Below, in pieces: positions 24,901-36,876 of a DNA stretch of 64,000 nt (positions within the stretch are counted from its first letter, which is position 1; every line of letters begins with the position of its first letter). A model generated the notes under the pieces. It saw only the letters and a program-made list of their open reading frames with translations, did not search any database and had not been told where the DNA came from. Both the position numbers and the translations under genes were made by a program. This stretch comes from Balanoglossus misakiensis (lineage: Eukaryota > Animalia > Hemichordata), in the NCBI GenBank assembly GCA_040954595.2, contig CM082579.2:11967834-12031833 (forward strand), in the 5' to 3' direction.

Positions 24901-27409
24901 TGAACAAAATCTCTGGTTCGTTTACATGTTTCAGCCGATTTTCCAATGAGTTCTCAAGATTTCCGCGCTGATAACGACTTCTATTGATATGCTAATATGG
25001 CACGAGCACAGCGGTAATGAACCTGAATAGAGTGAGGGTTAAACTTCGCTGCTGGTGTGTAAATCTTGAGTGCCCTTGAAAAAATCGGCTGAAATACATT
25101 AACAAAACCAGAGATTTTGTTCACGAAATGAGTTTTGGAACCGGAAATAATCAAAGTTCAGGCTGGTAAAGGTCGTTTTTATTTAGTTACGCTCATTTTG
25201 TTTTCTTTTGCCGTTAAAATGTTCAGGCCATAGTTGGATCGCAGTAAATGTCCAATTTTCGTCAGGAGTTGGTCCACCAGCTATAAGAGTGACAACAAGC
25301 ATACCCCTATAACCAAATAGTTGTGATTCCACACCTAAAATCAGATAAGATAGCATTCAACATTTTGTTATACTTTCCGACGCACACAAAAAATCATGCA
25401 TATACAGGATATATAAATAGAGGAAAATTATAATGTTTAGAGTCGAGGTATAGGTAATCACGATTCATATTCGAAGCAAATGGATGACGGCAATGCAAAA
25501 ATTACAATTAGAAACTGTCATAACTTTAAACAAACTTTCGCAAACGGTGCCAAAGAGAAGCTTTATCCAATGATGTAAAGTCGAAACTCTGGCGATGCCG
25601 TCTTATAATTCCGTGTAACAATATTTCTCTTTTTTGACGAAAAGAACATCCATGGATTGCAATGTCTGTTAAGAGGAAGATAGTATTGAACACAGATTTC
25701 AACACTGTCAAATTGCCAAAAATGCTTAGAATACTCTGGAATGTACTATTATAACATTTCAAAAGTTACCTATGATTCTAAAAGAAGAACACATTGTAGT
25801 TTATTGCTATGTAAATAACTGTATTTGAGCTATTGAAAACTTTGTAGTTTTAAATCTTGGTTGATAAATATACCAAACACAAAATCTCGCAAATGAAGAA
25901 AAATATTCCAAAAGGCGGTCTTCTAAAACACGAATCTTTGTGTCGAACGAAGTATGACTTTTATTGTGAATCGTATGATTAGCTAATGAAAGTCATTCAG
26001 GCATACTATAATTACATTTAATAGATGAAGTTGGGGCGATGCGAAATGTAAAACGTTGATGATAAATAATTATATCGCCGAAATAGATTTTGTGGTACAG
26101 CCATTCAGATATTTCGACCATAGAGAAACCAAAGCACTGGGAGTGCAAGAACAATAACGACCCAACAGTTTACACTGTAGTTGAGGTACGTATATGAGGT
26201 CCAAACTTAGTACTCTGCATCAGGTTCTGCGCCAGGCAAATTCTTAAAAAAAGGGAACTATGCGCCAAGTGTTTGCGCCATGCATTCTGCGCCACCATTT
26301 GCATCAATCGAGCTGTCCCACCCTGTTCTCGTACATATAATTGACAGCAACTACACGGCGCCCCGGCGCGGAGCCTGGGTCTCTTTTGGGGGAAGGGACG
26401 ATATATGTAATTTATTCATTTATTACAAGGAAATGGCAGCACAGGGCAAAGCAGGAAAATCATGTAAAAACGTATTTTTACGACCTCCCTGCACTCTCCT
26501 CACACACTTACGCTGTAGCGATATGTTGCTGTTCATATTGTATAATTGTTTTCATAATAGCCATTAACAATGGCTATTATGAGAACAAAACATTCATTTA
26601 CCTGGGAATGAATTTCTTTTTTACTGTTTCTGAACCACTTGTATGTGTAATTGGCGTAATCACCAGCACATTCTAAAACAAGGTCATCGTTTCCTGTGTC
26701 AACCACGCGTAGTTTCGGTGGGGGGTGTTCTGATAACAATTAGAAAGGACATGGCATTAGTGTTTAAATACACTGATAACATACCAGCATCTACTCATAC
26801 GTATTTTGTCTAGAATATCATACCATCCCCTATGGTTTGCTAAATGGTGAGCAAAAATGGCAGATTGACGTGAACCCCAATCGAACCCAGCCGATTTTTA
26901 TCTTTTCCGTTGTTTATCAACTAAAATATCTTTAATGCGGTTAGTTGTTCAAACCCCCTTGAATCCTGTAGCGGTTACTGTGAGGCGAGTCTGCCAGTTG
27001 CGTCTACATAAAAGACGTGATCCATAATATTAATCTCAGTCAAAGCAAGTAATTACTGATACAGAAAACAGGTATTACCAACCTCTCAATTGCATATTAA
27101 TGTACTTCCTTCGAGCACTATATTCGCTAGAACCTGTCTCTTTGATTAGGAAAGTCCCTTGAAAACTGCAGTTAAAGTTCAACCTGATAAATACTAACTC
27201 CTTTTTAATTTTCACTAAGATATTGTCATCCATGAAACACCTCACTTTTCCTTGTACGGTATGTAAACAATAAGACACTGGCTTGTGGGAAGCTGAATCA
27301 CCGGTATTGTTCCAGAGAGTAAACTCTATCCAATCCTTGAATTGAAGAGTTGAAAATAACACAGTATAACGGCCGCAGTGTGCTTTGAGTTTAACATCTT
27401 CTGGGTTAG
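21931..27409 (-). CDS. Two-Ig-domain cell-surface protein (atypical V-like + C2/I-type) with hydrophobic C-terminus, possibly GPI-anchored; leader exon not located
   Basis: Phase-consistent exons 27409-27083, 26729-26602 (PPPKL..LVLEC..YKWFRN), 24670-24553 (LHI..GEYYCVV), 22082-21931 (S/T linker then IVAVVYLAYYVKAFAFLSL-stop); AATAAA on minus at 21883-21878. Confidence 0.75.
22254..24055 (+). mobile_element. Helentron-associated (HINE/DINE-1-like) non-autonomous element carrying a tandem array
   Basis: 5' AGGGTTTCGAGAC-loop-GTCTCGAAACCCT hairpin (22257-22288), the same subTIR GTCTCGAAACCC at 24019-24030 followed by hairpin GCTGT-TC-ACAGC; second hairpin gggcccaagcgc...gcgcttgggccc at ~22314. 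Confidence 0.65.
22800..23930. repeat. ~238-bp tandem repeat, about 4.7 copies
   Basis: catggaccagtat-type anchor at 22901, 23139, 23378, 23612 and 23840. Confidence 0.9.
24742..25286. mobile_element. Degenerate foldback/palindromic MITE
   Basis: Left and right halves are reverse complements (gtgaacaaaatctctggtt / aaccagagattttgttcac; ggcaaaagaaaacaaa / ttttgttttcttttgcc). Confidence 0.75.
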
Positions 27410-28715
27410 CTGAAAAAATATCCAAGCAAGAACAAAGAAAAATGGTGGCTGCAAGCAGCGTTAGTTGGGCCCAAGTAGATCTCGCCAAATGCAAAGGCTA
27501 AATCTGTTCAGATCAGGATGCTGATAAAGGGTCGGGGGAATTTGGTCAAGAGTCATCCGAAATTTTCTCAATAAATATTAGTCCCTCACTGGTCTATTGT
27601 CAACCAAAAAACCGACTGCTAGCCCTAGTGGCTAGCCTTAAAGTACATTTCCGCAACGTCATCAGTAAAAAAATAAAACTTCATTATATGTTCACCAAGT
27701 GCCGTATCTGCTCAGGATGCTGAGATATGGGTAAGCAGATCACATGTCACAGAAAGATCACCAATAATTTTCTCCAAACTATTTCGGCACCATACTATAT
27801 CATGTCGAACAAAATTAGACTTAGTGCTACTGTTGAGTCTACAGTTAGGTACGTGTATACATAATGAGGTAGACATATGACAATCGATCTCCATACTTAG
27901 GATATATATATTCAGACCACTCTTGGCCTCGTGCCCATTGTTCAAAATATATATTTATTTTCCATAACCCATCGTCTCGTCATGACCACGTGACGTTCTT
28001 ATGTTTCTTTCTCTGTTAGAAACTGTGGTGTTAACTTGTTATCGCCACACTTACTTTTGTTAGAAACTGTGGTTTTAAACACATACACATGGTCAGGCCA
28101 GTTCTTGGCCACGATCAATTTGGGTGACTTTCCAGTCCAAGCTTAGTTTTCAGTAGATAAAAAACTGCAAAGTGATGCGCTCGGAATTGAACCCAGGCCC
28201 TCTCTGATACTCAACCAAGGAATTTCTGCTGGCAACGTTTCACAGATGATATTCGTGCATTAAAAATGTTCATTAAAGGCGGAAGTGACGTCACCCGCCC
28301 AGACTGAAGTCACGGCTCCAATTTTGACCGACCCAAAATATATATGCAAATTCGTGGTATAAGTATGTTATTGCAACTCGTAACAGTGTAATATCACCAC
28401 ACTTTTGGTCATCCGTTACAAACTGGTGACCAAGAGTGCAGTGTGGTGATTTCAAGCGTAACGCACCGTCACTCGTGCAATAACCTATACATATATATTT
28501 CATACTTACAATAACTTGTAATAGTTGATGACCCAAGTGTGCCATTTTCACTAGTCCAATGAAAACGTTTTGTTGTCTCAGTATTCCCATCACAACTTAC
28601 TTTACTCACTATATTTCCATTTTCTCCACGCTTGAAAACAGGACCTGTTGGTTCATTTGGACAGTCTGAATAATAAATTGTGAAAAGAATGATACAATTT
28701 CATGCCGGGTATCTC

Positions 28716-28844
28716 TGCAATCGCCGAAAGAAGAACCAATGCCCTATTAATGGAAACTGCTAGACAACATCTGTTACCTACAAAGCTCAAGTGAGAATAG
28801 ACAATGAAGACGCGAAAACCTACTTCGGACTAACACAATCACCG
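28716..28844 (+). mobile_element. Penelope-like element fragment (Cys motif + GIY-YIG endonuclease N-terminus), decayed
   Basis: Translates CNRRKKNQCPINGNC*TTSVTYKAQVRIDNEDAKTYFGLT, matching the CNC..CP..G.C...V.Y.A.V......YIG.T pattern of PLE endonucleases. Confidence 0.7.
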
Positions 28845-29479
28845 ATTACATAATAAGTAATAAGTACAGCACTTATAAAGCGACATATACCCTACGGCGC
28901 GCCAAGTGTTTCAAAATTATTTATCATTATTTTATAGAAAATTGATGTCTTTTAACAAAAAAAAATACGTAAAAAACACAAAAAACTGATTGGTGGTTTA
29001 AAAAACAACGAGTGTAAAAAGTAATCCATCGTGGAGTCAAAAAACAACAACAACAACAAAAAAAAAACTAACACACACAGAAGAAAATGTCACCTGTTGT
29101 CAAAAAAAACCCACCAAGCTTACCAAAAAAAACGTCCACAAGGCAGTTGCAAAAAAACCCCACTAATTTGTCACAAAAAAACCACGCGCACATTTTTCAC
29201 GAAAAACGCACACTTCACCCCACAACAAATACACACAAAGTATTAAAAAGAACACTCTTTGAAAAAAAAGAGAGACTACAGCTTAAAAAAATGCACACAC
29301 CAGAACAAACAACACAGGCAAACATAGAAAAAACACGAACATGTTAGCCATAAAAAACGGAGATATTTGTCACCGAAAAAAACCCGCACTCATGTCACCC
29401 CAAAACTAACGGGCCACTTAAAAAAAAACGCAGATGCACTGAGGTTGCAAAAATAAGCACATTTTTAATCCCCCGAAAA

Positions 29480-29945
29480 AAAACCAGGCAATTTGCAAAA
29501 AAAACACAGCAATTTGCAAAAAAAAAAATAGGAACATTTGTCACCCAAAAAAAACAGGCAATTTGAAAAAAAAAACGCAGAGCAATTTGCAAAAAAAAAA
29601 ATAATAGGAACATTTGTCACCCAAAAAACAGGCAATTTGAAAAAAAAACGCAGAGCAATTTGCACCAAAAAAAAAAGGAACATTTGTCACCCAAAAAAAA
29701 CAGGCAATTTGAAAAAAAAATGCAGAGCAATTTGCACAAAAAAAAAAAAAAATAGGAACATTTGTCACCCCCAAAAAAACAGGCAATTTGAAAAAAAACG
29801 CAGAGCAATTTGCAAAAAAAAAAAATAATAGGAACATTTGTCACCGAAAAAAACAGGCAATTTGAAAAAAAAAACGCAGAGCAATTTGCACAAAAAAAAT
29901 AATAGAAACATTTGTCACCCCAAAAAAACAGGCAATTTGAAAAAA
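29480..29945. repeat. ~70-78-bp A-tract tandem repeat inside the foldback arm (mirrored at ~31690-32370, 33120-33425, 35135-35385)
   Basis: Unit ATAGGAACATTTGTCACCC-An-CAGGCAATTTG-An-CGCAGAGCAATTTGC-An; anchors at 29531, 29607, 29677, 29755, 29831 and 29905. Confidence 0.9.
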
Positions 29946-32549
29946 AAAAACACGATATAAAATTTGGAAAAAAAATATATAGGCACATTTGTCACCCAAA
30001 AAATTCAGGCAGATCCAAGTTGTAAAAAATGGTATATTTGTCATCCAAAAAATAAAACAATCGTGTTTAAAAAAACGAGCATTCAGTTGTAAAAATAAAT
30101 AATAATCTTTAACAACTTGAAAAAAACCCGGACGCATTTGAAAGAATAGCGTATGCGCATGCGCCGAAAAAAAAATGAGTGAGAAATGCGCTCCAAAAAA
30201 AAAAAGTGAGAGATTTTGCTAGAGGAGTCTGGGTAATCTTAAAAAAAAAACAGTGTGTGAAAATAAGTTGACTCGAAGAAGAGAAAAGAAAGGGGAAACA
30301 CACAAACCGTCACACAGGACAAACAACAGTCTCCTCATCGCCGAGGCGTACGCGTGATGATATGACAAGTGTTTACGTCTGTGAGGTGGTGTGTATCACT
30401 GTATGTGTCGGATAGAACGCGAGTCGACTAGAATCCGAGTCGACTGAAGGTTACTGCGGTGGACGCGAATATATGGTCGCCATTGTGGGATTCCTTCGTG
30501 AAGGAAGTGAAGCCACTTGTTCGGGACCACATATGACCGGAGCGTTGCGTTTAACATGGTCGAACGAACTGTCATTATGGACAACTCCTGCTGTAACCTG
30601 TGATGCTGAAACGTACAATAACTTTCCATATTCTTTTGTACAGTACACAGAGTTTCAACGCGGATGACGCGGAGACGATCAACTAATTATGGACTGAGCG
30701 ACTCCTTTGGGGTATTTGACCTTTTACCAGCCAAATGTAAACAAACGATTTGCGGTGAATTCATACACATGACAACGATTTCCCGAAGATCATTCATACC
30801 CCACTTTGAAAAATACAACAAATAACAAACAGTTTCTAAATAAAATATTTTTTTCCCATATTTTTAAGTTGTCAAAACTGGGCTGATTTTTTGTATAGTT
30901 CGCTAGTACTGCACAGAAGACAGTATTAGTTGTGGGCACCATGCCAACTCTTACGTTATGGGCAACGTTCAGTTCTGCCGTTTGGGGTTTAGATTTGTCT
31001 TAAATTTCACGATTTCTGTAGACCAAATCTAGAATAGCAAACCGCGGACGTAGTGCCAGTGGTGTCATGTTTGACTGTGTGGTATCATGACGGTATCATG
31101 TTTATGTGGTCCCGAACAAGTGGCTTCACTTCCTTCACGAAGGAATCCCACAATGGCGACCATATATTCGCGTCCACCACAGTAACCTTCAGTCGACTCG
31201 GATTCTAGTCGACTCGCGTTCTATCCGACACATACAGTGATACACACCACCTCACAGACGTAAACACTTGTCATATCATCACGCATACGCCTCGGCGATG
31301 AGGAGACTGTTGTTTGTCCTGTGTGACGGTTTGTGTGTTTCCCCTTTCTTTTCTCTTCTTCGAGTCAACTTATTTTCACACACTGTTTTTTTTAAGATTA
31401 CCCAGACTCCTCTAGCAAAATCTCTCACTTTTTTTTTTGGAGCGCATTTCTCACTCATTTTTTTTTCGGCGCATGCGCATACGCTATTCTTTCAAACGCG
31501 TCCGGTTTTTTTTTTCAAGTTGTTAAAGACTATTATTTATTTTTACAACTGAATGCTCGTTTTTTTAAACACGATTAATTTATTTATTGGATGACAAATA
31601 TACCATTTTTTACAACTTGGATCTGCCTGAATATTTTGGGTGACAAATGTGCCTATATATTTTTTTTTTCAAATTTTATATCGTGTTTTTTTTTTCAAAT
31701 TGCCTGTTTTTTTGGGTGACAAATGTTCCTATATATTTTTTTTTTTGCAAATTGCTCTGCGTTTTTTTTTCAAATTGCCTGTTTTTTGGGGGTGACAAAT
31801 GTTCCTATTATTTTTTTTTGTGCAAATTGCTCTGCGTTTTTTTTTTCAAATTGCCTGTTTTTTTCGGTGACAAATGTTCCTATTATTTTTTTTGCAAATT
31901 GCTCTGCGTTTTTTTTCAAATTGCCTGTTTTTTTTTGGGTGACAAATGTTCCTATTTTTTTTTTGTGTGTGTGTGCAAATTGCTCTGCGTTTTTTTTTCA
32001 AATTGCCTGTTTTTTTGGTGACAAATGTTCCTATATATATATTTTTTTGCAAATTGCTCTGCGTTTTTTTTTTCAAATTGCCTGTTTTTTTGGGTGACAA
32101 ATGTTCCTATTATTTTTTTTTTGCAAATTGCTCTGCGTTTTTTTTTTCAAATTGCCTGTTTTTTTGGGTGACAAATGTTCCTATTTTTTTTTTTTTTTTG
32201 CAAATTGCTCTGCGTTTTTTTTTTTAAATTGCCTGGTTCTATTTTTTTTTTTTTTTGCAAATTGCTCTGCGTTTTTTTTAATTGCCTGTTTTTTGGGTGA
32301 CAAATGTTCTTATTATTTTTTTTTTTGCAAATGCTGTGCGTTTTTTTTTTTCAAATTGCCTGTGTTTTTTTTCGGTGGATTAAAATGTGCTTATTTTTGC
32401 AACCTCAATGCATCTGCGTTTTTTTTAAGTGGCCCGTTAGTTTTGGGGTGACATGAGTGCGGGTTTTTTCGGTGACAAATATCTCCGTTTTTTTATGGCT
32501 AACATGTTCGTGTTTTTTCTATGTTTGCCTGTGTTGTTTGTTCTGGGGG

Positions 32550-35500
32550 TACGGCGCGCCAAGTGTTTCAAAATTATTTATCATTATTTTATAGAAAATT
32601 GATGTCTTTTAACAAAAAAAATACGTAAAAAACACAAAAAACTGATTGGTGGTTTAAAAAACAACGAGTGTAAAAAGTAATCCATCGTGGAGTCAAAAAA
32701 CAAAAAACACACAGAAGAAAATCTCACCTGTTGTCAAAAAACCCCCCACCAAGCTCACCAAAAAAAAACGTCCACAAGGCAGTTGCAAAAAAAAATCACT
32801 AATTTGTAACAAAAAAACCACGCGCACATTTTTCACGAAAAACGCACACTTCATCCCCACAAAAAATACACACAAAGTATTAAAAAGAACACTCTTTGAA
32901 AAAAAAGAGAGACTACAACTTTAAAAAATGCATACCCCCAGAACAAACAACACAGGCAAACATAGAAAAAACACGAACATGTTAGCCATAAAAAACGGAG
33001 ATATTTGTCACCGAAAAAAAAACCCGCACTCATGTCACCCCAAAACTAACGGGCCACTTTAAAAAAAAGCAGATGCACTGAGGTTGCAAAAATAAGCACA
33101 TTTTTAATCCCCCGAAAAAACAAACAGGCAATTTGAAAAAAAACCCACAGCAATTTGCAAAAAAAAAAAAAAAAAAAATAGGAACATTTGTCACCCAAAA
33201 AAACAGGCAATTTGAAAAAAAAAACGCAGAGCAATTTGCAAAAAAAAAAAAAAAAAATAGGAACATTTGTCACCCCCAAAAAACAGGCAATTTGAAAAAA
33301 AAAACGCAGAGCAATTTGCAAAAAAAAATATATAGGAACATTTGTCACCCAAAAAAACAGGCAATTTGAAAAAAAAACGCAGAGCAATTTGCAAAAAAAA
33401 AAATATAAAGGAACATTTGTCACCCAAAATATTCAGGCAGATCCAAGTTGTAAAAAATGGTATATTTGTCATCCAAAAAATAAAACAAGCGTGTTTAAAA
33501 AAAAACGAGCATTCAGTTGTAAAAATAAATAATAGTCTTTAACAACTTGAAAAAAAAAACGGACGCATTTGAAAGAATAGCGTATGCGCATGCGCCGAAA
33601 AAAAAATGAGTGAGAAATGCGCTCCAAAAAAAAAAAAGTGAGAGATTTTGCTAGAGGAGTCTGGGTAATCTTAAAAAAAAACAGAGTGTGAAAATAAGTT
33701 GACTCGAAGAAGAGAAAAGAAAGGGGAAACACACAAACCGTCACACAGGACAAACAACAGTCTCCTCATCGCCGAGGCGTACGCGTGATGATATGACAAG
33801 TGTTTACGTCTGTGAGGTGGTGTGTATGTGTCGGATAGAACGCGAGTCGACTAGAAACCGAGTCGACTGACGGTTACTGTGGTGGACGCGAATATATGGT
33901 CGCCATTGTGGGATTCCTTCGTGAAGGAAGTGAAGCCACTTGTTCGGGACCACATATGACCGGAGCGTTGCGTTTAACATGGTCGAACGAACTGTCATTA
34001 TGAACAACTCCTGCTGTAACCTGTGATGCTGAAACGTACAATAACTTTCCATATTCTTTTGTACAGTACACAGAGTTTCAACGCGGATGACGCGGAGACG
34101 ATCAACTAATTATGGACTGAGCGACTCCTTTGGGGTATTTGACCTTTTACCAGCCAAATGTAAACAAACGATTTGCGGTGAATTCATACACATGACAACG
34201 ATTTCCCGAAGGTCATTCATACCTCACTTTGAAAAATACAACAAATAACAAACAGTTTCTAAATAAAATATTTTTTTCCAATATTTATAAGTTGTCAAAA
34301 CTGAGCTGATTTTTTGTATAGTTCGCTAGTACTGCACAGAAGACAGTATTAGTTGTGGGCACCATGCCAACTCTTACGTTATGGGCAACGTTCAGTTCTG
34401 CCGTTTGGGGTTTAGATTTGTCTTACATCACAGATGATTATGCTACAAATTTCACGATTTCTGTAGACCAAATCTAGAATAGCAAACCGCGGACGTAGTG
34501 CCAGTGGTGTCATGTTTGACTGTGTGGTATCATGACGGTATCATGTTTATGTGGTCCCGAACAAGTGGCTTCACTTCCTTCACGAAGGAATCCCACAATG
34601 GCGACCACATATTCGCGTCCACCACAGTAACCGTCAGTCGACTCGGTTTCTAGTCGACTCGCGTTCTATCCGACACATACACACCACCTCACAGACGTAA
34701 ACACTTGTCATATCATCACGCGTACGCCTCGGCGATGAGGAGACTGTTGTTTGTCCTGTGTGACGGTTTGTGTGTTTCCCCTTTCTTTTCTCTTCTTCGA
34801 GTCAACTTATTTTCACACTCTGTTTTTTTTTTAAGATTACCCAGACTCCACTAGCAAAATCTCTCACTTTTTTTTTTTTGGAGCGCATTTCTCACTCATT
34901 TTTTTTTTCGGCGCATGCGCATACGCTATTCTTTCAAGTGCGTCCGTTTTTTTTTTTTTCAAGTTGTTAAAGACTATTATTTATTTTTACAACTGAATGC
35001 TCGTTTTTTTTAAACACGCTTGTTTTATTTTTTGGATGACAAATATACCATTTTTTACAACTTGGATCTGCCTGAATATTTTGGGTGGCAAATATGCCTA
35101 TATATTTTTTTTTCAAATTTTATATCGTGTTTTTTTTTTTCAAATTGCCTGTTTTTTGGGTGACAAATGTTCCTATTATTTTTTTTTTTTTGCAAATTGC
35201 TCTGCGTTTTTTTTTTCAAATTGCCTGTTTTTTTGGGTGACAAATGTTCCTATATTTTTTTTTTTGCAAATTGCTCTGCGTTTTTTTTTCAAATTGCCTG
35301 GGTTTTTTTGGGTGACAAATGTTCCTATTTTTTTTTTTTTTGCAAATTGCTGTGCGTTTTTTTCAAATTGCCTGTTTTTTTTTCGGGGGATTAGAAATGT
35401 GCTTATTTTTGCAACCTCAGTGCATCTGCGTTTTTTAAAGCGGTCCGTTAGTTTTAGGGTGACATGAGTGCGGGGTTTTTTTTCGGTGACAAATATCTCC

Positions 35501-35970
35501 ATTTTTTATGGCTAACATGTTCGTGTTTTTTCTATGTTTGCCTGTGTTGTTTGTTCTGGGGGTATGCATTTTTTTCAAGTTGTAGTCTCTCTTTTTTTTC
35601 AAAGAGTGTTCTTTTTAATACTTTGTGTGTATTTTTTGTGGGGATGAAGTGTGCGTTTTTCGTGAAAAATGTGCGCGTAGTTTTTTTGTGACACATAAGT
35701 GATTTTTTTTTTCAACTGCCTTGTGGGCGTATTTTTTGGTGAGCTTGGTGGGGTTTTTTTTACAATAGGTGAGATTTTCTTCTGTGTGTGTTAGTGTTTT
35801 TTTTTTTGTTGTTTTTGTTTTTTTTGAGTCCACGATGGATTACTTTTTACACTCGTTGTTTTTTAAACCACCAATCAGTTTTTTGTGTTTTTTACGTATT
35901 TTTTTTGTTAAAAGACATCAAATTTCTATAAAATAATGATAAATAATTTTGAAACACTTGGCGCGCCGTA
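32550..35970. mobile_element. Foldback DNA transposon, inner copy of the same family inserted in the outer right arm (arms 32550-33956 and 34548-35970)
   Basis: Identical termini; 7-bp TSD CTGGGGG at 32543-32549 and 35971-35977; spacer near-identical to the outer spacer. Confidence 0.92.
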
Positions 35971-36401
35971 CTGGGGGTGTGCATTTTTTTCAAGTTGTAG
36001 TCTCTCTCTCTCTCTTTTTTTTTTTACAAAGAGTGTTCTTTTTAATACTTTGTGTGTATTTTTTGTGGGGGTGAAGTGTGCGTTTTTCGTGAAAAATGTG
36101 CGCCTCTTTTTTTTGTCACAAATGAGTGATTTTTTGAGCAACTGCCTTGTGGACGTATTTTTTTCGGTAAGCTTGGTGGGGTTTTTTTGACAACAGGTGA
36201 CATTTTCTTCTGTGTGTGTTAGGTTTTTTTTTTGTTTTTTTGTTTTTTTACTCCACGACGGATTACTTTTTACACTCGTTGTTTTTTGAACCACCAATCA
36301 GTTTTTTGTGTGTTTTTTACGTATTTTTTTAAAAAAAGACATTAATTTTCTATAAAATAATGATAAATAATTTTGAAACACTTGGCGCGCCGTATATACC
36401 C

Positions 36402-36876
36402 AGCGAAGTGTTCATGGGCGCAGATAAAAAAAGATAAAAAGCAAGCGGAAAAAAACACAAAAATTCAAAAACAGCAATATAAAATGGTTAAAACAACAGC
36501 ATTAAAGTTCAAAGGAAACAGCATAAAAATATTAAGTTTTAAAAATTCTTAAAAACGTCACTTAGACAGGATACGCAAGCTTATTAAAAGTGGGTTGTAA
36601 ATTAAGATTTAGTAGTCACAGTTGTACATTCCCTTATGTCAAGAGGCAAGGCATTCCAAAGCTCTGGTGCAACATGAGCAAATGCCCGGTCACTAAATGA
36701 TGCCAGTCAAGTTGCCACTAAATAGCAAGAAGATTACGTGATGGCTGATATGGAGTAATGAGATCACAAATGTAAACATGTGCTGAATCTTGGATTGCAC
36801 AAAATGCCAGAAGAAGAATATTGACTTATAAATGTCCTCTGTTGTATCGGTAACCAGTGAAGAGAACGATGAACTG
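36402..36876 (-). mobile_element. L2-clade LINE 3' fragment (ORF2 C-terminus + 3' UTR; tail continues at 28892-28850 on the other side of the foldback)
   Basis: Frameshifted translation LHWLPIQQR..ILLLAF..YICDLITPYQPSRNL..DRAFAHVAPELWNALPLDIR; cgctttataagtgc...ttattacttatta tail. Confidence 0.8.

Larger units (their letters stand above)
28893..36394. mobile_element. Foldback DNA transposon, outer copy (left arm 28893-30533, spacer 30534-31102, right arm 31103-32549 + 35978-36394), non-autonomous
   Basis: Termini TACGGCGCGCCAAGTGTTTCAAAATTATTTATC / reverse complement; 7-bp TSD TATACCC at 28886-28892 and 36395-36401. Confidence 0.92.

Noticed and set aside
27410-27494. Apparent signal peptide at the start of ORF 27075..27494
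   Set aside because: It starts at TTG, not ATG, and the hydrophobic stretch is the polypyrimidine tract of the acceptor at 27411/27410.
28172-28222. tRNA-like B box (GGTTCAATTCC) on the minus strand
   Set aside because: No A box or cloverleaf; at most a SINE remnant.
30396-30667. Short ORFs across the foldback arm/spacer junction as a transposase
   Set aside because: Under 85 aa, overlapping on both strands, no DDE, THAP or zinc-finger motif recognisable.
29480-32370. Regularly spaced repeats resembling a CRISPR array
   Set aside because: Intervening sequences are homopolymer runs, not unique spacers; eukaryotic context and no cas genes.
29031-36297. Many Phe/Lys-rich ORFs in the ORF track
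   Set aside because: They are translations of A/T-tract tandem repeats in the foldback arms; no domain or splice structure.
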